Of a stretch of 64,000 nt of DNA, positions 38,252-48,037 are shown one piece after another. Positions within the stretch are counted from its first letter, which is position 1. Every line of letters begins with the position of its first letter. Location: sequence record MZ170040.1; one strand, given 5' to 3'. The stretch is from Escherichia phage vB_EcoM_FJ1. The position numbers were made by a program, and so were the translations under genes. The notes under the pieces are model-generated. The model saw only the letters and a list, made by a program, of their open reading frames with translations, ran no database searches and had not been told where the DNA came from.

Positions 38252-38281
38252 ATAGTATCACAGCTCAAATGGAAAGTAAAC
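38252..38281 (-). promoter_or_regulatory. early promoter (GTTTAC family)
   Basis: GTTTAC at 38281-38276, TACTAT at 38257-38252. Confidence 0.55.
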
Positions 38282-38296
38282 CGGTAAAATGAAAAA

Positions 38297-38314
38297 AGTC
38301 TCCCGAAGGAGACT
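38297..38314 (-). terminator. GC-stem hairpin
   Basis: AGTCTCC-CGAA-GGAGACT. Confidence 0.5.
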
Positions 38315-38318
38315 AACG

Positions 38319-38705
38319 TTATTCGAGGGAAAGAAGATACTTACTCTGGTAAAACATTCCAGTAATATCATCTATCGTGCTTTGGATGGCTGGAGGCATT
38401 TCTTTATAAATGCTGTTAGATTGGTCTAGTATGCGATCAATCATTTTAATTGTGTCGGTAGGAAGTTTACTAGCATCTGGAATTGAAGGTGTGTATTTTC
38501 TACCAGAATACCCCAAATATTGCTCACCAAATTTATCAATCAAATCTGGCAACTCGGAGAAAATAAAATCGTATGCTTTGTGTCTAGCATAACTTTTAGT
38601 TTCAAAATGTGCAGAATGAAAATAAGCTTGTGCAGCCATTAATAAACCTAAGTATTCATCTGCCTTTGAAGGTTTTCCACTTTGTGAAAAGTCGCTGAAT
38701 TTCAT
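38319..38705 (-). CDS. hypothetical protein adjacent to rI
   Basis: 128-aa ORF overlapping the rI start by 4 nt. Confidence 0.45.
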
Positions 38706-38995
38706 TCAGTCTCCAATTTAATGTTCATAATTCTAGCGTATGATTGTGCCATCTCCGCGCCTCGTTCTATACATTCAAAATCAGAAGAGCACGGGTCATT
38801 TTTATAGGTCGTTCTCATAAAACTATAGAATTGTTCAGACGATTCTACGCTTTTATTTTCAAAAAGCATATAAACGTGCCTAATACCAGATTCCATAAAT
38901 TTATCAAAATGAGGATCGACATTCGCTTCAATCGGTGGAGATAAAGCAAACGCTAATCCTAGCATGGCAAATAGTGCCGTTGCTTTTAAGGCCAT
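38702..38995 (-). CDS. rI: RI lysis-inhibition regulator (antiholin)
   Basis: 97 aa with N-terminal signal-anchor MALKATALFAMLGLAFALSP; near-identical to T4 RI as recalled. Confidence 0.85.
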   Translation of the reverse strand: MALKATALFAMLGLAFALSPPIEANVDPHFDKFMESGIRHVYMLFENKSVESSEQFYSFMRTTYKNDPCSSDFECIERGAEMAQSYARIMNIKLETE

Positions 38996-39007
38996 AAAGG
39001 CCTCCTA

Positions 39008-39220
39008 TCATTTTTGTCCTGTATTTACTTTATGCCGATGCACGGCCTTAACTTTATCAAGGTATTTTTCAAAATTTCGCAATCTAGTATAGTCTGCCGG
39101 AGATTGGTTGAGTGATACTTCTCGACGCAAAGCTGAAATGATATTTCCAACTTCCCTACGAATTTCATCTAATTGAAGAACAGTAAGATTGCGAAGTTGC
39201 TTTTCAGTTAATTGTAGCAT
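39008..39220 (-). CDS. hypothetical protein
   Basis: 70-aa ORF between tk and rI. Confidence 0.4.
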
Positions 39221-39262
39221 ATATACCCCTTTAGTTAGATAAACCTATTTATAACTTTTGCA

Positions 39263-39844
39263 CTAACCGAGTTTTTTAGTTAATTCATTCCAATGTTTTC
39301 TACACAAAGAAACATAAATTTCATCACCAATACAGATTTGATTACCTTCTTTAACTGGTGTTCCATCTTCCATTAATCGAGCTGTCATAATCGCTTTTTT
39401 ACCACAATGACAAACTGCCTTTAGTTCAATAAGTTTATCTGCAATCGCTAAAAGTTCTTTAGAACCTTCAAACAATTTTCCAGCGAAATCAGTCCTTAAT
39501 CCATAAGCCATAACAGGAACATTATATGTATCAACAATTCGGCTCAATTGATGCACCTGTTCAGTTTTTAAAAACTGAGCTTCATCTACAAATACGCAAT
39601 GAATATCTTTTTGTGCTTCAGCCCATTTATAGAACTCGAAAATATCCATATCATCTGTAATAATATTCGCTTCCTGCTTAATTCCAATGCGAGAAACGAC
39701 TTCACAGACAGAATCGCGAGTATCAATAGCAGGCTTAAGAACTAATACACTCATTCCACGTTCTTTATAATTATGTGCAGCAGTCAAAAGAGAAGCAGAT
39801 TTTCCAGCATTCATTGCTGCATAAGTAAAAATTAAACTCGCCAT
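39263..39844 (-). CDS. tk: thymidine kinase
   Basis: 193 aa; P-loop AAMNAGKS and C-terminal zinc motif CHCGK...CRKH; matches T4 Tk as recalled. Confidence 0.9.
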   Translation of the reverse strand: MASLIFTYAAMNAGKSASLLTAAHNYKERGMSVLVLKPAIDTRDSVCEVVSRIGIKQEANIITDDMDIFEFYKWAEAQKDIHCVFVDEAQFLKTEQVHQLSRIVDTYNVPVMAYGLRTDFAGKLFEGSKELLAIADKLIELKAVCHCGKKAIMTARLMEDGTPVKEGNQICIGDEIYVSLCRKHWNELTKKLG

Positions 39845-39853
39845 ATCACCTTC

Positions 39854-40045
39854 TTAAAGCGTATTCACATAAGCTATTAATTCATTTTCTTTCTTATCAA
39901 ACCGATCAGCAAATTCTTCCTGCTGTTCGGGAGATAGCGGGCCGTATTCATCATAAAAGGTGTTTGCTTCTGTATGCTCATCTAGAAGTTCATGGATAAG
40001 CTCAAACAATTTATCTTTTTGTTCTTTACTCAGACTCATAACCAT
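39854..40045 (-). CDS. hypothetical acidic protein
   Basis: 63-aa ORF. Confidence 0.4.
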   Translation of the reverse strand: MVMSLSKEQKDKLFELIHELLDEHTEANTFYDEYGPLSPEQQEEFADRFDKKENELIAYVNTL

Positions 40046-40263
40046 GTCACCTTTAAGCAGTATTCTTCTACATGCTGTTTACGACCTTTCTTATCAATAA
40101 AGGTATATTCAACGAATGTTCCAATGTAGTCTTTATCTACATCATGTGGACTATTAATTGGACATTTAGTACGGCAAATGCGTTCCCATTGACGAATAAT
40201 TACTGCCTTATTCTTTGGGTCATACGGATGTGGATAATGTATATTCATAATAACGGTTCCCAA
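40036..40263 (-). CDS. hypothetical protein
   Basis: 75-aa ORF. Confidence 0.4.
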   Translation of the reverse strand: MGTVIMNIHYPHPYDPKNKAVIIRQWERICRTKCPINSPHDVDKDYIGTFVEYTFIDKKGRKQHVEEYCLKVTWL

Positions 40264-40712
40264 TCAACAATCACAATTTCTAATTTAGAGGAATATGTAT
40301 CTAAAATCCCCTCAATAATATCCCAGTTCCCTTTACCTATGCCTGCTCCAATCCTAGGCATATAGATTGTAGGTTTAATCAGTTTATTTTCACCAAACTC
40401 ATTTAATTCTAACATACAATTCATTAAAGCGGAATACTCAAAATTTGGCCCTGGTTGAAATTGAGTATAAAGATTAAAGCAGTAAGCTTTATGAGTCCTA
40501 AAGTATTTTTCATAGACTGAGTAAGAACCGAGTTTAGTTACATCGCCCCATTCTGTCTGTAATTTATCAGCTTCCAAAATTTTAGGGAAAGCTTTGGTTA
40601 ATTGACCCGCTACGCCTGAACCCATAGTATGAAAACAATTGCATCCATGCGCAATATTTTTACCTTCAGCGAAAAGGGCGACAATATCGCCCTTGATATA
40701 TTTTACAATCAT
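40245..40712 (-). CDS. macro-domain protein (ADP-ribose binding/processing)
   Basis: 155 aa; macro-like motifs ...IAHGCNCFHTMGSGVAGQL... and ...RIGAGIGKGNWD... Confidence 0.55.
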   Translation of the reverse strand: MIVKYIKGDIVALFAEGKNIAHGCNCFHTMGSGVAGQLTKAFPKILEADKLQTEWGDVTKLGSYSVYEKYFRTHKAYCFNLYTQFQPGPNFEYSALMNCMLELNEFGENKLIKPTIYMPRIGAGIGKGNWDIIEGILDTYSSKLEIVIVDWEPLL

Positions 40713-41056
40713 CTAGTACTCAATCCTCGATTATAAGAATCTACCAAACGGTCAACCATTGAATGACAAGCGGCTTTATCTTTCTCCTCCGCAACTGAAC
40801 ATTCTAAGGTATTCCACTTTTTAGCATATCGTTTTAATAATGTATCGTTTTTGTATCTACTTGATTTATCTCTTTCTCCGTCTTTATATGCATATATTAA
40901 TTTCTGTGCAAATTCAGCTTGACATGCTTTATTTTTCCCACAATAATCTGCCGCAGTGCGGTTTACATATTCTCTAATTTCAGTATATGATGTATCTGCT
41001 AACGCAGAAGCAGAAAATGAAATTAATCCTATACATAAAACCAAAATTTTAGTCAT
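40709..41056 (-). CDS. secreted protein (position of T4 vs)
   Basis: 115 aa with signal peptide MTKILVLCIGLISFSASALA and four Cys. Confidence 0.45.
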   Translation of the reverse strand: MTKILVLCIGLISFSASALADTSYTEIREYVNRTAADYCGKNKACQAEFAQKLIYAYKDGERDKSSRYKNDTLLKRYAKKWNTLECSVAEEKDKAACHSMVDRLVDSYNRGLSTR

Positions 41057-41594
41057 TTACTATTTCCAAAAGTTTATTATTTTTAAGGTAATTAGCCTTT
41101 TCTAGGACTTCAGAAGCATATTTAGAACCAGCTTTAACATTCCATCCCGAATTATAAGAGGATATTGCCTTTCTTATATCACCCTTATGTATATTTAACC
41201 AATAAGAAAGTTCAATGTACGCCCAGGAAGCTGAATTGGACCGTTTATTCAACATTCTTTTTATTTCAGCATCGGTCATATTATAACCAAGTTCCTTAAC
41301 TCTCGCTCGCATAGTAGGCAAATAATTTTGGAACATTCCGTAGGCGTGATGCTTTGGTTTAGATTTTAAATTAACTCCGCCAGAGCTTTCTTGCCATAAA
41401 ATGGCTGCCATTATATGACCTAATCCGCTCTTGTGGATATTTTTGTGTGTTTTATATTTTCCATCCTTAGAAAATTGTTCCCCGAATTGATACGCGTAAC
41501 GCATGTTATCGAGTTGGACATTACTGAAAGTATGCTCGGAGCTATGTGCCATCATTGAAATGGCCAATAGACCAGCGAGTAGTGCTTTTCTCAT
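41049..41594 (-). CDS. secreted lytic-transglycosylase-like protein
   Basis: 181 aa; signal peptide MRKALLAGLLAISMMAHS; AILWQESSGG motif resembling the SLT catalytic E-S motif. Confidence 0.45.
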   Translation of the reverse strand: MRKALLAGLLAISMMAHSSEHTFSNVQLDNMRYAYQFGEQFSKDGKYKTHKNIHKSGLGHIMAAILWQESSGGVNLKSKPKHHAYGMFQNYLPTMRARVKELGYNMTDAEIKRMLNKRSNSASWAYIELSYWLNIHKGDIRKAISSYNSGWNVKAGSKYASEVLEKANYLKNNKLLEIVND

Positions 41595-41601
41595 GCTTAC
41601 C

Positions 41602-42063
41602 TCATTGAGTTTTAATTACTGCTTTAGAAGCCTTTCCTGGTAAACGACGACTGTTGATAATTGCCATCCTGCATTGAAGTGACGGGTTTTTGAACTTCTC
41701 ATTAGGCTTACAAACCGTAAATCCAAGCCAAAGATTTCCATCTGTAATTTCCAAACGCCCAGGACGATATTCAACCCCATCAATAAAATCCTCGTCAATG
41801 TCAGGACGCGGAGGCATACTCAGGAATTCATTAACTTCTAAAACATGGTCTTTTATTTTATGGAATAATTCAAAAACGTATGTCTCATCAATCTCCCGTT
41901 GAATTGCGCGATCAAGAAGATGCTGAGAATATTTTAGATGAAACGATGAGACTCCTGCTGCTTTTGATGCCTCACGAATCTCATTGTTAATTTGACGAAA
42001 CTCCGACTCAAAGTGACGACGAAGCTTATTTCGACGGATAAAAACTTCTGTATTGATAGTCAT
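41602..42063 (-). CDS. regB: RegB site-specific endoribonuclease
   Basis: 153 aa, same size as T4 RegB; directly downstream of an early promoter. Confidence 0.8.
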   Translation of the reverse strand: MTINTEVFIRRNKLRRHFESEFRQINNEIREASKAAGVSSFHLKYSQHLLDRAIQREIDETYVFELFHKIKDHVLEVNEFLSMPPRPDIDEDFIDGVEYRPGRLEITDGNLWLGFTVCKPNEKFKNPSLQCRMAIINSRRLPGKASKAVIKTQ

Positions 42064-42090
42064 GTTATTCTCCTCTTAACTGATAGAAAA

Positions 42091-42120
42091 ATTATACCAC
42101 AGTCAAGAGGAAAAGTAAAC
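42091..42120 (-). promoter_or_regulatory. early promoter (GTTTAC, 18 nt, TATAAT)
   Basis: GTTTAC at 42120-42115, TATAAT at 42096-42091. Confidence 0.6.
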
Positions 42121-42122
42121 AG

Positions 42123-42443
42123 TTATTCTTTAAATCTAATCAATTTATTCATAGACTTTGAAACTTCTGCACGAACCTCATGTAGATTTTTGAGCTGTTC
42201 AAGACGCTGCTCATAGTAAGCAATTTCATCTTCTTCGAGACAGTCCTGTGAATCTTCTTTAAGATAACGTGCATAGTCCTGGAAAGCTTTACGGACTACT
42301 TCCTGGAAGTCATCAAGACTTTGAATTTTCTTAGGAGCAACAGATACACGACGAGGGGCAGTATAATACTCATAACCAAACCCTGCGCTTAATTGAGCCA
42401 TTAGTATTTTTCCTCTGGTTGGAACACAGCACGGCAAGCCCAC
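42123..42443 (-). CDS. hypothetical protein
   Basis: 106-aa ORF. Confidence 0.4.
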   Translation of the reverse strand: MGLPCCVPTRGKILMAQLSAGFGYEYYTAPRRVSVAPKKIQSLDDFQEVVRKAFQDYARYLKEDSQDCLEEDEIAYYEQRLEQLKNLHEVRAEVSKSMNKLIRFKE

Positions 42444-42667
42444 ATACTGGCTTCTTTGAGTTTCGTTTTAGCAATAGTTAACTGATCGAGGCTTTCGGCG
42501 TAATTCTTCGCGAGTTCATCATCTTCACAGCTATCAAATGCTTCCCAGAATTCATCATATAAAGCATCAAAGATAAGCCCTAAACGAACTTCAGCATCTT
42601 TGATAGCATTCACTTTACTGATTTTATCGTCAGTATGTGGTTTATAACCTTTAATGTCTTCAATCAT
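42401..42667 (-). CDS. hypothetical helical protein (T4 vs.4/Acb2 position)
   Basis: 88-aa ORF in the block after regB; identity by position only. Confidence 0.35.
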   Translation of the reverse strand: MIEDIKGYKPHTDDKISKVNAIKDAEVRLGLIFDALYDEFWEAFDSCEDDELAKNYAESLDQLTIAKTKLKEASMWACRAVFQPEEKY

Positions 42668-42881
42668 ATTTTACTTCCTCACCTGTTCCCAAATCATATT
42701 CAACTAAACGAATAGGTTCATGAATGCCATATCCTTGAACAGAAATTTCTGTCGTAGGATAAATTCCATTAATATCACCCATGTTCCATGCTTCGTTAAA
42801 TTGCTGTTCGCCTGAATTACTAAACCACTCGGCGAAAGCATTTAGCACATCTTCAGAACCTTCAATAATTATCTTTGCCAT
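42660..42881 (-). CDS. hypothetical acidic protein
   Basis: 73-aa ORF. Confidence 0.4.
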   Translation of the reverse strand: MAKIIIEGSEDVLNAFAEWFSNSGEQQFNEAWNMGDINGIYPTTEISVQGYGIHEPIRLVEYDLGTGEEVKYD

Positions 42882-43243
42882 TACAAACTCTCGGTGAAGG
42901 TACGAGCGATAACGTCGCGCTGCTGTTCCGGAGTCAGAGAGTTAAAGCGAACTGCATAACCGGATACACGGATGGTCAGCTGCGGATATTTTTCCGGATG
43001 CTTAACTGCATCTTCCAGAGTTTCACGACGCAGAACGTTAACGTTCAGGTGTTGACCACCTTCAATTTTAACTGTAGGCTGTTGCTCAATTTCAATTTCA
43101 CGGGCATGCAAACCGTAGAAAATTTCTGGGTCTACAAAAGAGTCCTCTTTAAAGGTTTTAGAGACAATAATTCGTGCTTGAATACCATCTTCAAAATAAA
43201 TAGTACCTTTATGTGTGCCTTCAAGAATTTGATATGCTTTCAT
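42881..43243 (-). CDS. autonomous glycyl-radical cofactor (GrcA/YfiD-like)
   Basis: 120 aa; C-terminal [25 protein letters not shown] glycyl-radical signature. Confidence 0.7.
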   Translation of the reverse strand: MKAYQILEGTHKGTIYFEDGIQARIIVSKTFKEDSFVDPEIFYGLHAREIEIEQQPTVKIEGGQHLNVNVLRRETLEDAVKHPEKYPQLTIRVSGYAVRFNSLTPEQQRDVIARTFTESL

Positions 43244-43250
43244 ATAAACC

Positions 43251-43580
43251 TCAATTAGAAAATAAATTTATCCAAGATTGTTCTTTGATTAAAAATGGCT
43301 CAGAATCATATGCCATTAAACTCTGTGTGATTAGTCCTTTAAAAGGCCCATCAATAAATTCCATGGTAAAATATGGAATTTTATTCATTAGCCGTGCATT
43401 AGGAGCAGTACACAAAACTCTGCATCCTTTGAATACGCCTTTTTGTAATTTGTATTGCTTAGGATAAAATTCGCTCAAGACGTTGTTATTTGCCAAAATT
43501 TCAAAATGATTCACCAATTTATTTTTAATAGTTTTTGGCGAAAAATAAAGATATTCGAAAAGCTGAGTGTCTGTCATCAT
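43251..43580 (-). CDS. hypothetical protein
   Basis: 109-aa ORF. Confidence 0.4.
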   Translation of the reverse strand: MMTDTQLFEYLYFSPKTIKNKLVNHFEILANNNVLSEFYPKQYKLQKGVFKGCRVLCTAPNARLMNKIPYFTMEFIDGPFKGLITQSLMAYDSEPFLIKEQSWINLFSN

Positions 43581-44164
43581 TGCATTCCGATTACGAAAAA
43601 CTGTGGACGAGTAATACCATCAATGCAACATTTAATATTACAGCAGCAGTGTACAGTGTCAATATGGACACTATAAATCTTATCCATATCAGGAGATTTG
43701 ACAGGCTCATCAATTATATACAAAATTCGCGAAAGCGATAAACCTCTGAACTTGCTTCCTTTATTACCAATAAAACTGCGCACAGAATCAGTAAATAAAC
43801 GAAAACGTATATCATCATTAGAATAACGCGAAAATTCCTTTTTAATGTTATTTGCAGAAATTTTAGCGTAAGCTGAAGTATTAGAAAGAACAATAACTGT
43901 TCCGCCATCATACAACCAATTAGCAGCAAAGTTAGTCACAGCAATTGATTTACCAGATTGACGTCCACCATCTAGTCGAAGTGTGCAATACTGTTTGAGT
44001 AAGTCTTCAAATGGTGGGATATAATCGTTTTTACAAATTTCTTCTACTCTAGCATCAGAATGGTGTGTAAAAGCATTCATCAGGGATAGATAAGGACCAG
44101 TTAAAAATGTTCTCATTTTGTTATCTCTAAATTTGGGCCATTCCGTGGCGCGTGAATTGTCCAT
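43577..44164 (-). CDS. small P-loop protein
   Basis: 195 aa; Walker A GGRQSGKS and Walker-B-like ILYIIDEP. Confidence 0.45.
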   Translation of the reverse strand: MDNSRATEWPKFRDNKMRTFLTGPYLSLMNAFTHHSDARVEEICKNDYIPPFEDLLKQYCTLRLDGGRQSGKSIAVTNFAANWLYDGGTVIVLSNTSAYAKISANNIKKEFSRYSNDDIRFRLFTDSVRSFIGNKGSKFRGLSLSRILYIIDEPVKSPDMDKIYSVHIDTVHCCCNIKCCIDGITRPQFFVIGMQ

Positions 44165-44269
44165 TTCTGTATTTACCCATTACCGCGCTTGGGCTCGACC
44201 TTATTACAGGTTGGCGGGAATCCCTCACAGAATCATGAGGTCCAGCTTGTTCCCATATTTCTTATTTGC

Positions 44270-44743
44270 TTATTTGAATGATTTAACGTACTGAATAGAA
44301 CCCTTACTATTCACAAAGGCAATTTTACCATTTTTATTATACATGGTAGCAGTACGCTGATAACCATAGGTTTGTTTACCAGATTGATAACCAACTAATG
44401 CAAAATTATCTTCACCCATTTTATTCTGTTTAGCGCGAATGCGTTCATGACCATGTGCCATAAGAACCTTAGCATCACCAGTTGCAATGGATCGACGAGT
44501 TTTTTCATCTTCAACTGCATTAACAAAGTCGTCAAATGAATCAAATTTAGCATGAGATTTATTATACAATTTTCCATCTACTGCATAATTATATCCCTGT
44601 ACATCCATCTCAACTTCTGTACCATCATCCAATACAGCAGTAATTTTTTGACCTTTTTTAAATTTCAAAAGATCAGTAAAAGATTCAGCAATAATTTGAG
44701 AATTAATAGCTGCTTCAGTGATAAATTCTTGATATGTTTTCAT
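44270..44743 (-). CDS. internal-protein-like capsid protein with N-terminal capsid targeting sequence
   Basis: 157 aa beginning MKTYQEFITEA, matching the T4 CTS consensus MKTYQEFIAE; sits next to denV where T4 has ipII/ipIII. Confidence 0.6.
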   Translation of the reverse strand: MKTYQEFITEAAINSQIIAESFTDLLKFKKGQKITAVLDDGTEVEMDVQGYNYAVDGKLYNKSHAKFDSFDDFVNAVEDEKTRRSIATGDAKVLMAHGHERIRAKQNKMGEDNFALVGYQSGKQTYGYQRTATMYNKNGKIAFVNSKGSIQYVKSFK

Positions 44744-44752
44744 GGGTTTCCT

Positions 44753-45169
44753 TTAAATGTAAATATTTTTGCCGTAATACTTGTACCAGTGTGGCTTCAT
44801 TAAAATTTTTTCATCAAGTCGTTGTTGACTCAATTTAATAGCTGATTTGCATGGATTATAATCATTTTTCCATTCTATTGGAATATCGCTGATGTCAGGA
44901 ACTTCAGTATCTTTTATACTGAACCCGCGTTTTAAGCATTCCGTTATAATGTCTAATTGACGCTTTCGCAAAAATTCTAACTTATCGTAAAAGAACGTAA
45001 CATGGCCAGAACCTAAAATAAACTCGGAAGATATTTTAAAATCTTTAACGCGCTTACCGTTTGCCACATGCTTACGAACTATACCAAAAACACGCGGCAA
45101 TTCACGGTATTCTGCGATTAAATGTTGATCAGCAAGTTCAGATACTAAAGTCAAATTAATACGAGTCAT
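44753..45169 (-). CDS. denV: endonuclease V (pyrimidine-dimer DNA glycosylase)
   Basis: 138 aa; [17 protein letters not shown]...WYKYYG matches T4 DenV as recalled. Confidence 0.9.
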   Translation of the reverse strand: MTRINLTLVSELADQHLIAEYRELPRVFGIVRKHVANGKRVKDFKISSEFILGSGHVTFFYDKLEFLRKRQLDIITECLKRGFSIKDTEVPDISDIPIEWKNDYNPCKSAIKLSQQRLDEKILMKPHWYKYYGKNIYI

Positions 45170-45194
45170 TTTATCCCTCCAAGTAACTGTGAAT

Positions 45195-45224
45195 ATACTA
45201 TCACAATTCTAGGAGAAAGTAAAC
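45195..45224 (-). promoter_or_regulatory. early promoter upstream of denV
   Basis: GTTTAC at 45224-45219, TAGTAT 18 nt downstream. Confidence 0.45.
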
Positions 45225-45228
45225 AACT

Positions 45229-46197
<969 letters not shown>

Positions 46198-46216
<19 letters not shown>

Positions 46217-46686
46217 TCGGTGATAAAATTATTTAAATTTTGAGTATATTTCTTTTCATCAAAAATCTTTTGCTGCCTACGTAAACGCCATGGCATTTCA
46301 ATGAACGTGTACCATATCCCAGATAATATTGCTGCTGTAAAAATATTAACAAGTATGGTTAAAATAATCCAATCTCCCGTTCTGTCTACTGGACTTTCTC
46401 CAAAGAAGCAAAATACAAATGATGTCACAGGAAAACTAATAATATACCACAGAATCATAATCTTATCTGTGAACCAATCAGTGTTCGTTAATTTAGCGCG
46501 ACCATTATGAATACACACGAATTTATCATCTGTTGCAGTAGATGGCTTAACTGGTTGATATCCCATTCTAAACTCCCTAATCAGCAAATTTTTCATATCT
46601 TCGGAACAGCCATTCCAGTCAACTCTATCAACTGAAATGCCATCATCCCCATCATCTAAATCATACCAGCGAGTTTTTAAAATCAT
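46198..46686 (-). CDS. membrane protein (paralog family, member 1)
   Basis: 162 aa with TM segments; C-terminal ...NNFITECRKLK. Confidence 0.45.
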
Positions 46687-47045
46687 TTGATTTTCCTACA
46701 ATCATTCACGAATTCTTTCATTGATTCATTTTCAATATAAGACATGTAGTTATTATATTCTTTTAATTGTATTTTGTAATCCTTTTTTCTTTGCCAATTT
46801 ATTTTAAAATTATCATAATGAAAATATAAAATAATACCAAAGAATGAAAATAATGAAATTGCTATAGTATAATGAAGTTCACTCCAAACTTCTGTTATAT
46901 TTACTGTGCCGTCGATGTTTAAAATAAGACAGTCAATTAACAATCCAAAAAGACTACCCGCAAGAGCTGCAGCCAACGCCACAGCAAAAATTAAAAATGA
47001 CTCAGAAAACGAATATTTGACTTTATTTAGTTTTGGCTTTTGCAT
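46683..47045 (-). CDS. membrane protein (member 2)
   Basis: 120 aa with TM segments; C-terminal ...KEFVNDCRKIK. Confidence 0.45.
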   Translation of the reverse strand: MQKPKLNKVKYSFSESFLIFAVALAAALAGSLFGLLIDCLILNIDGTVNITEVWSELHYTIAISLFSFFGIILYFHYDNFKINWQRKKDYKIQLKEYNNYMSYIENESMKEFVNDCRKIK

Positions 47046-47440
47046 CGTGATTCCTTAACAAATTTCATAATTTCATCAAATTCATACGCGGCAAGTTTAA
47101 GCTGATGTTCCTTTTTAATCTTTTTACACTGTGCTTTCCAATCACGTACACGTTTACGATAATGTCTTCCTTGATACCAATATCCTATCCAATTTACAGG
47201 TACTAATAAAAGTGGAACTATTAATGGAAGAATTAGCATTAACACAAGTATTTCGCCAGAATCAATATCAGTCATAACATCTAAAACACCTCCAATAATC
47301 AATAGAATTACAAATGATATGAGTATAACAGGACCTATTAACACATCAGTAGAAATTATCTGACGCTTTAATTCATACTTTAAGGGTTTACTTGGAAGAT
47401 ACATTGATGGCTTTGACATATTCTCTACATTCCTTAACAA
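47027..47440 (-). CDS. membrane protein (member 3)
   Basis: 137 aa with TM segments; C-terminal ...MKFVKESRCKSQN. Confidence 0.45.
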   Translation of the reverse strand: MLRNVENMSKPSMYLPSKPLKYELKRQIISTDVLIGPVILISFVILLIIGGVLDVMTDIDSGEILVLMLILPLIVPLLLVPVNWIGYWYQGRHYRKRVRDWKAQCKKIKKEHQLKLAAYEFDEIMKFVKESRCKSQN

Positions 47441-47996
47441 ATTTTTCTAATAATAAATCGCTTTCAAAATTGGGATTTTCTACGAATTTATCAAAAAGAT
47501 CATCAACAATATTCAAGATATTTCTTTTACTAAGAATACGTTTATTTTCATGTTTCGTTTCAGAATCAACTATAAGAGTAAAGAAATATTTCTTTCCCTG
47601 AAATTTTACCGTAGTATCAATATAGAATAAATTTGACTTTTGTAAATTACGTTTAAACCATGCGTCACTTAAACTATAAACACCGAGATAATCAAAATCG
47701 TCGTTTAAATAACATACTGTCCATTCAGGAGAAATGAAATCAGTAAATTCAACATCAAAATCACACGTCAATGAATGAATTGATTCAATACTGTTAATAA
47801 GTATTCCAGGACGTATTAAAGACTTTTTACCTCTGGAAAATCTTCCAGAAAGACTTTCATCAGTTTCATATGAAGAACCCCAATAATAATTACGTCCTTC
47901 TGCCATACGTTTAAGAGCATTTAGTAATTGGTCTGGAACATCAACTTGTCGTTGGAATTCTTCAAACATTGAATTGAAATCACTTTGCATTTTCAT
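47388..47996 (-). CDS. hypothetical protein (member 4, soluble)
   Basis: 202 aa; C-terminal ...EKFVKECREYVKAINVSSK. Confidence 0.45.
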   Translation of the reverse strand: MKMQSDFNSMFEEFQRQVDVPDQLLNALKRMAEGRNYYWGSSYETDESLSGRFSRGKKSLIRPGILINSIESIHSLTCDFDVEFTDFISPEWTVCYLNDDFDYLGVYSLSDAWFKRNLQKSNLFYIDTTVKFQGKKYFFTLIVDSETKHENKRILSKRNILNIVDDLFDKFVENPNFESDLLLEKFVKECREYVKAINVSSK

Positions 47997-48016
47997 TCCT
48001 ATTTACTCCAAGTAAT

Positions 48017-48032
48017 AGGGGCCGAAGCCCCT
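48017..48032 (-). terminator. GC-stem UUCG-loop hairpin
   Basis: AGGGGC-CGAA-GCCCCT. Confidence 0.55.
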
Positions 48033-48037
48033 TATCA

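Noticed and set aside
40072-40365. 97-aa plus-strand ORF
   Set aside because: Antisense to the 75-aa ORF and the macro-domain gene; no expression signals.
42875-43258. 127-aa plus-strand ORF antisense to the GrcA-like gene
   Set aside because: The minus-strand frame carries the conserved glycyl-radical motif; the plus frame is a chance ORF.
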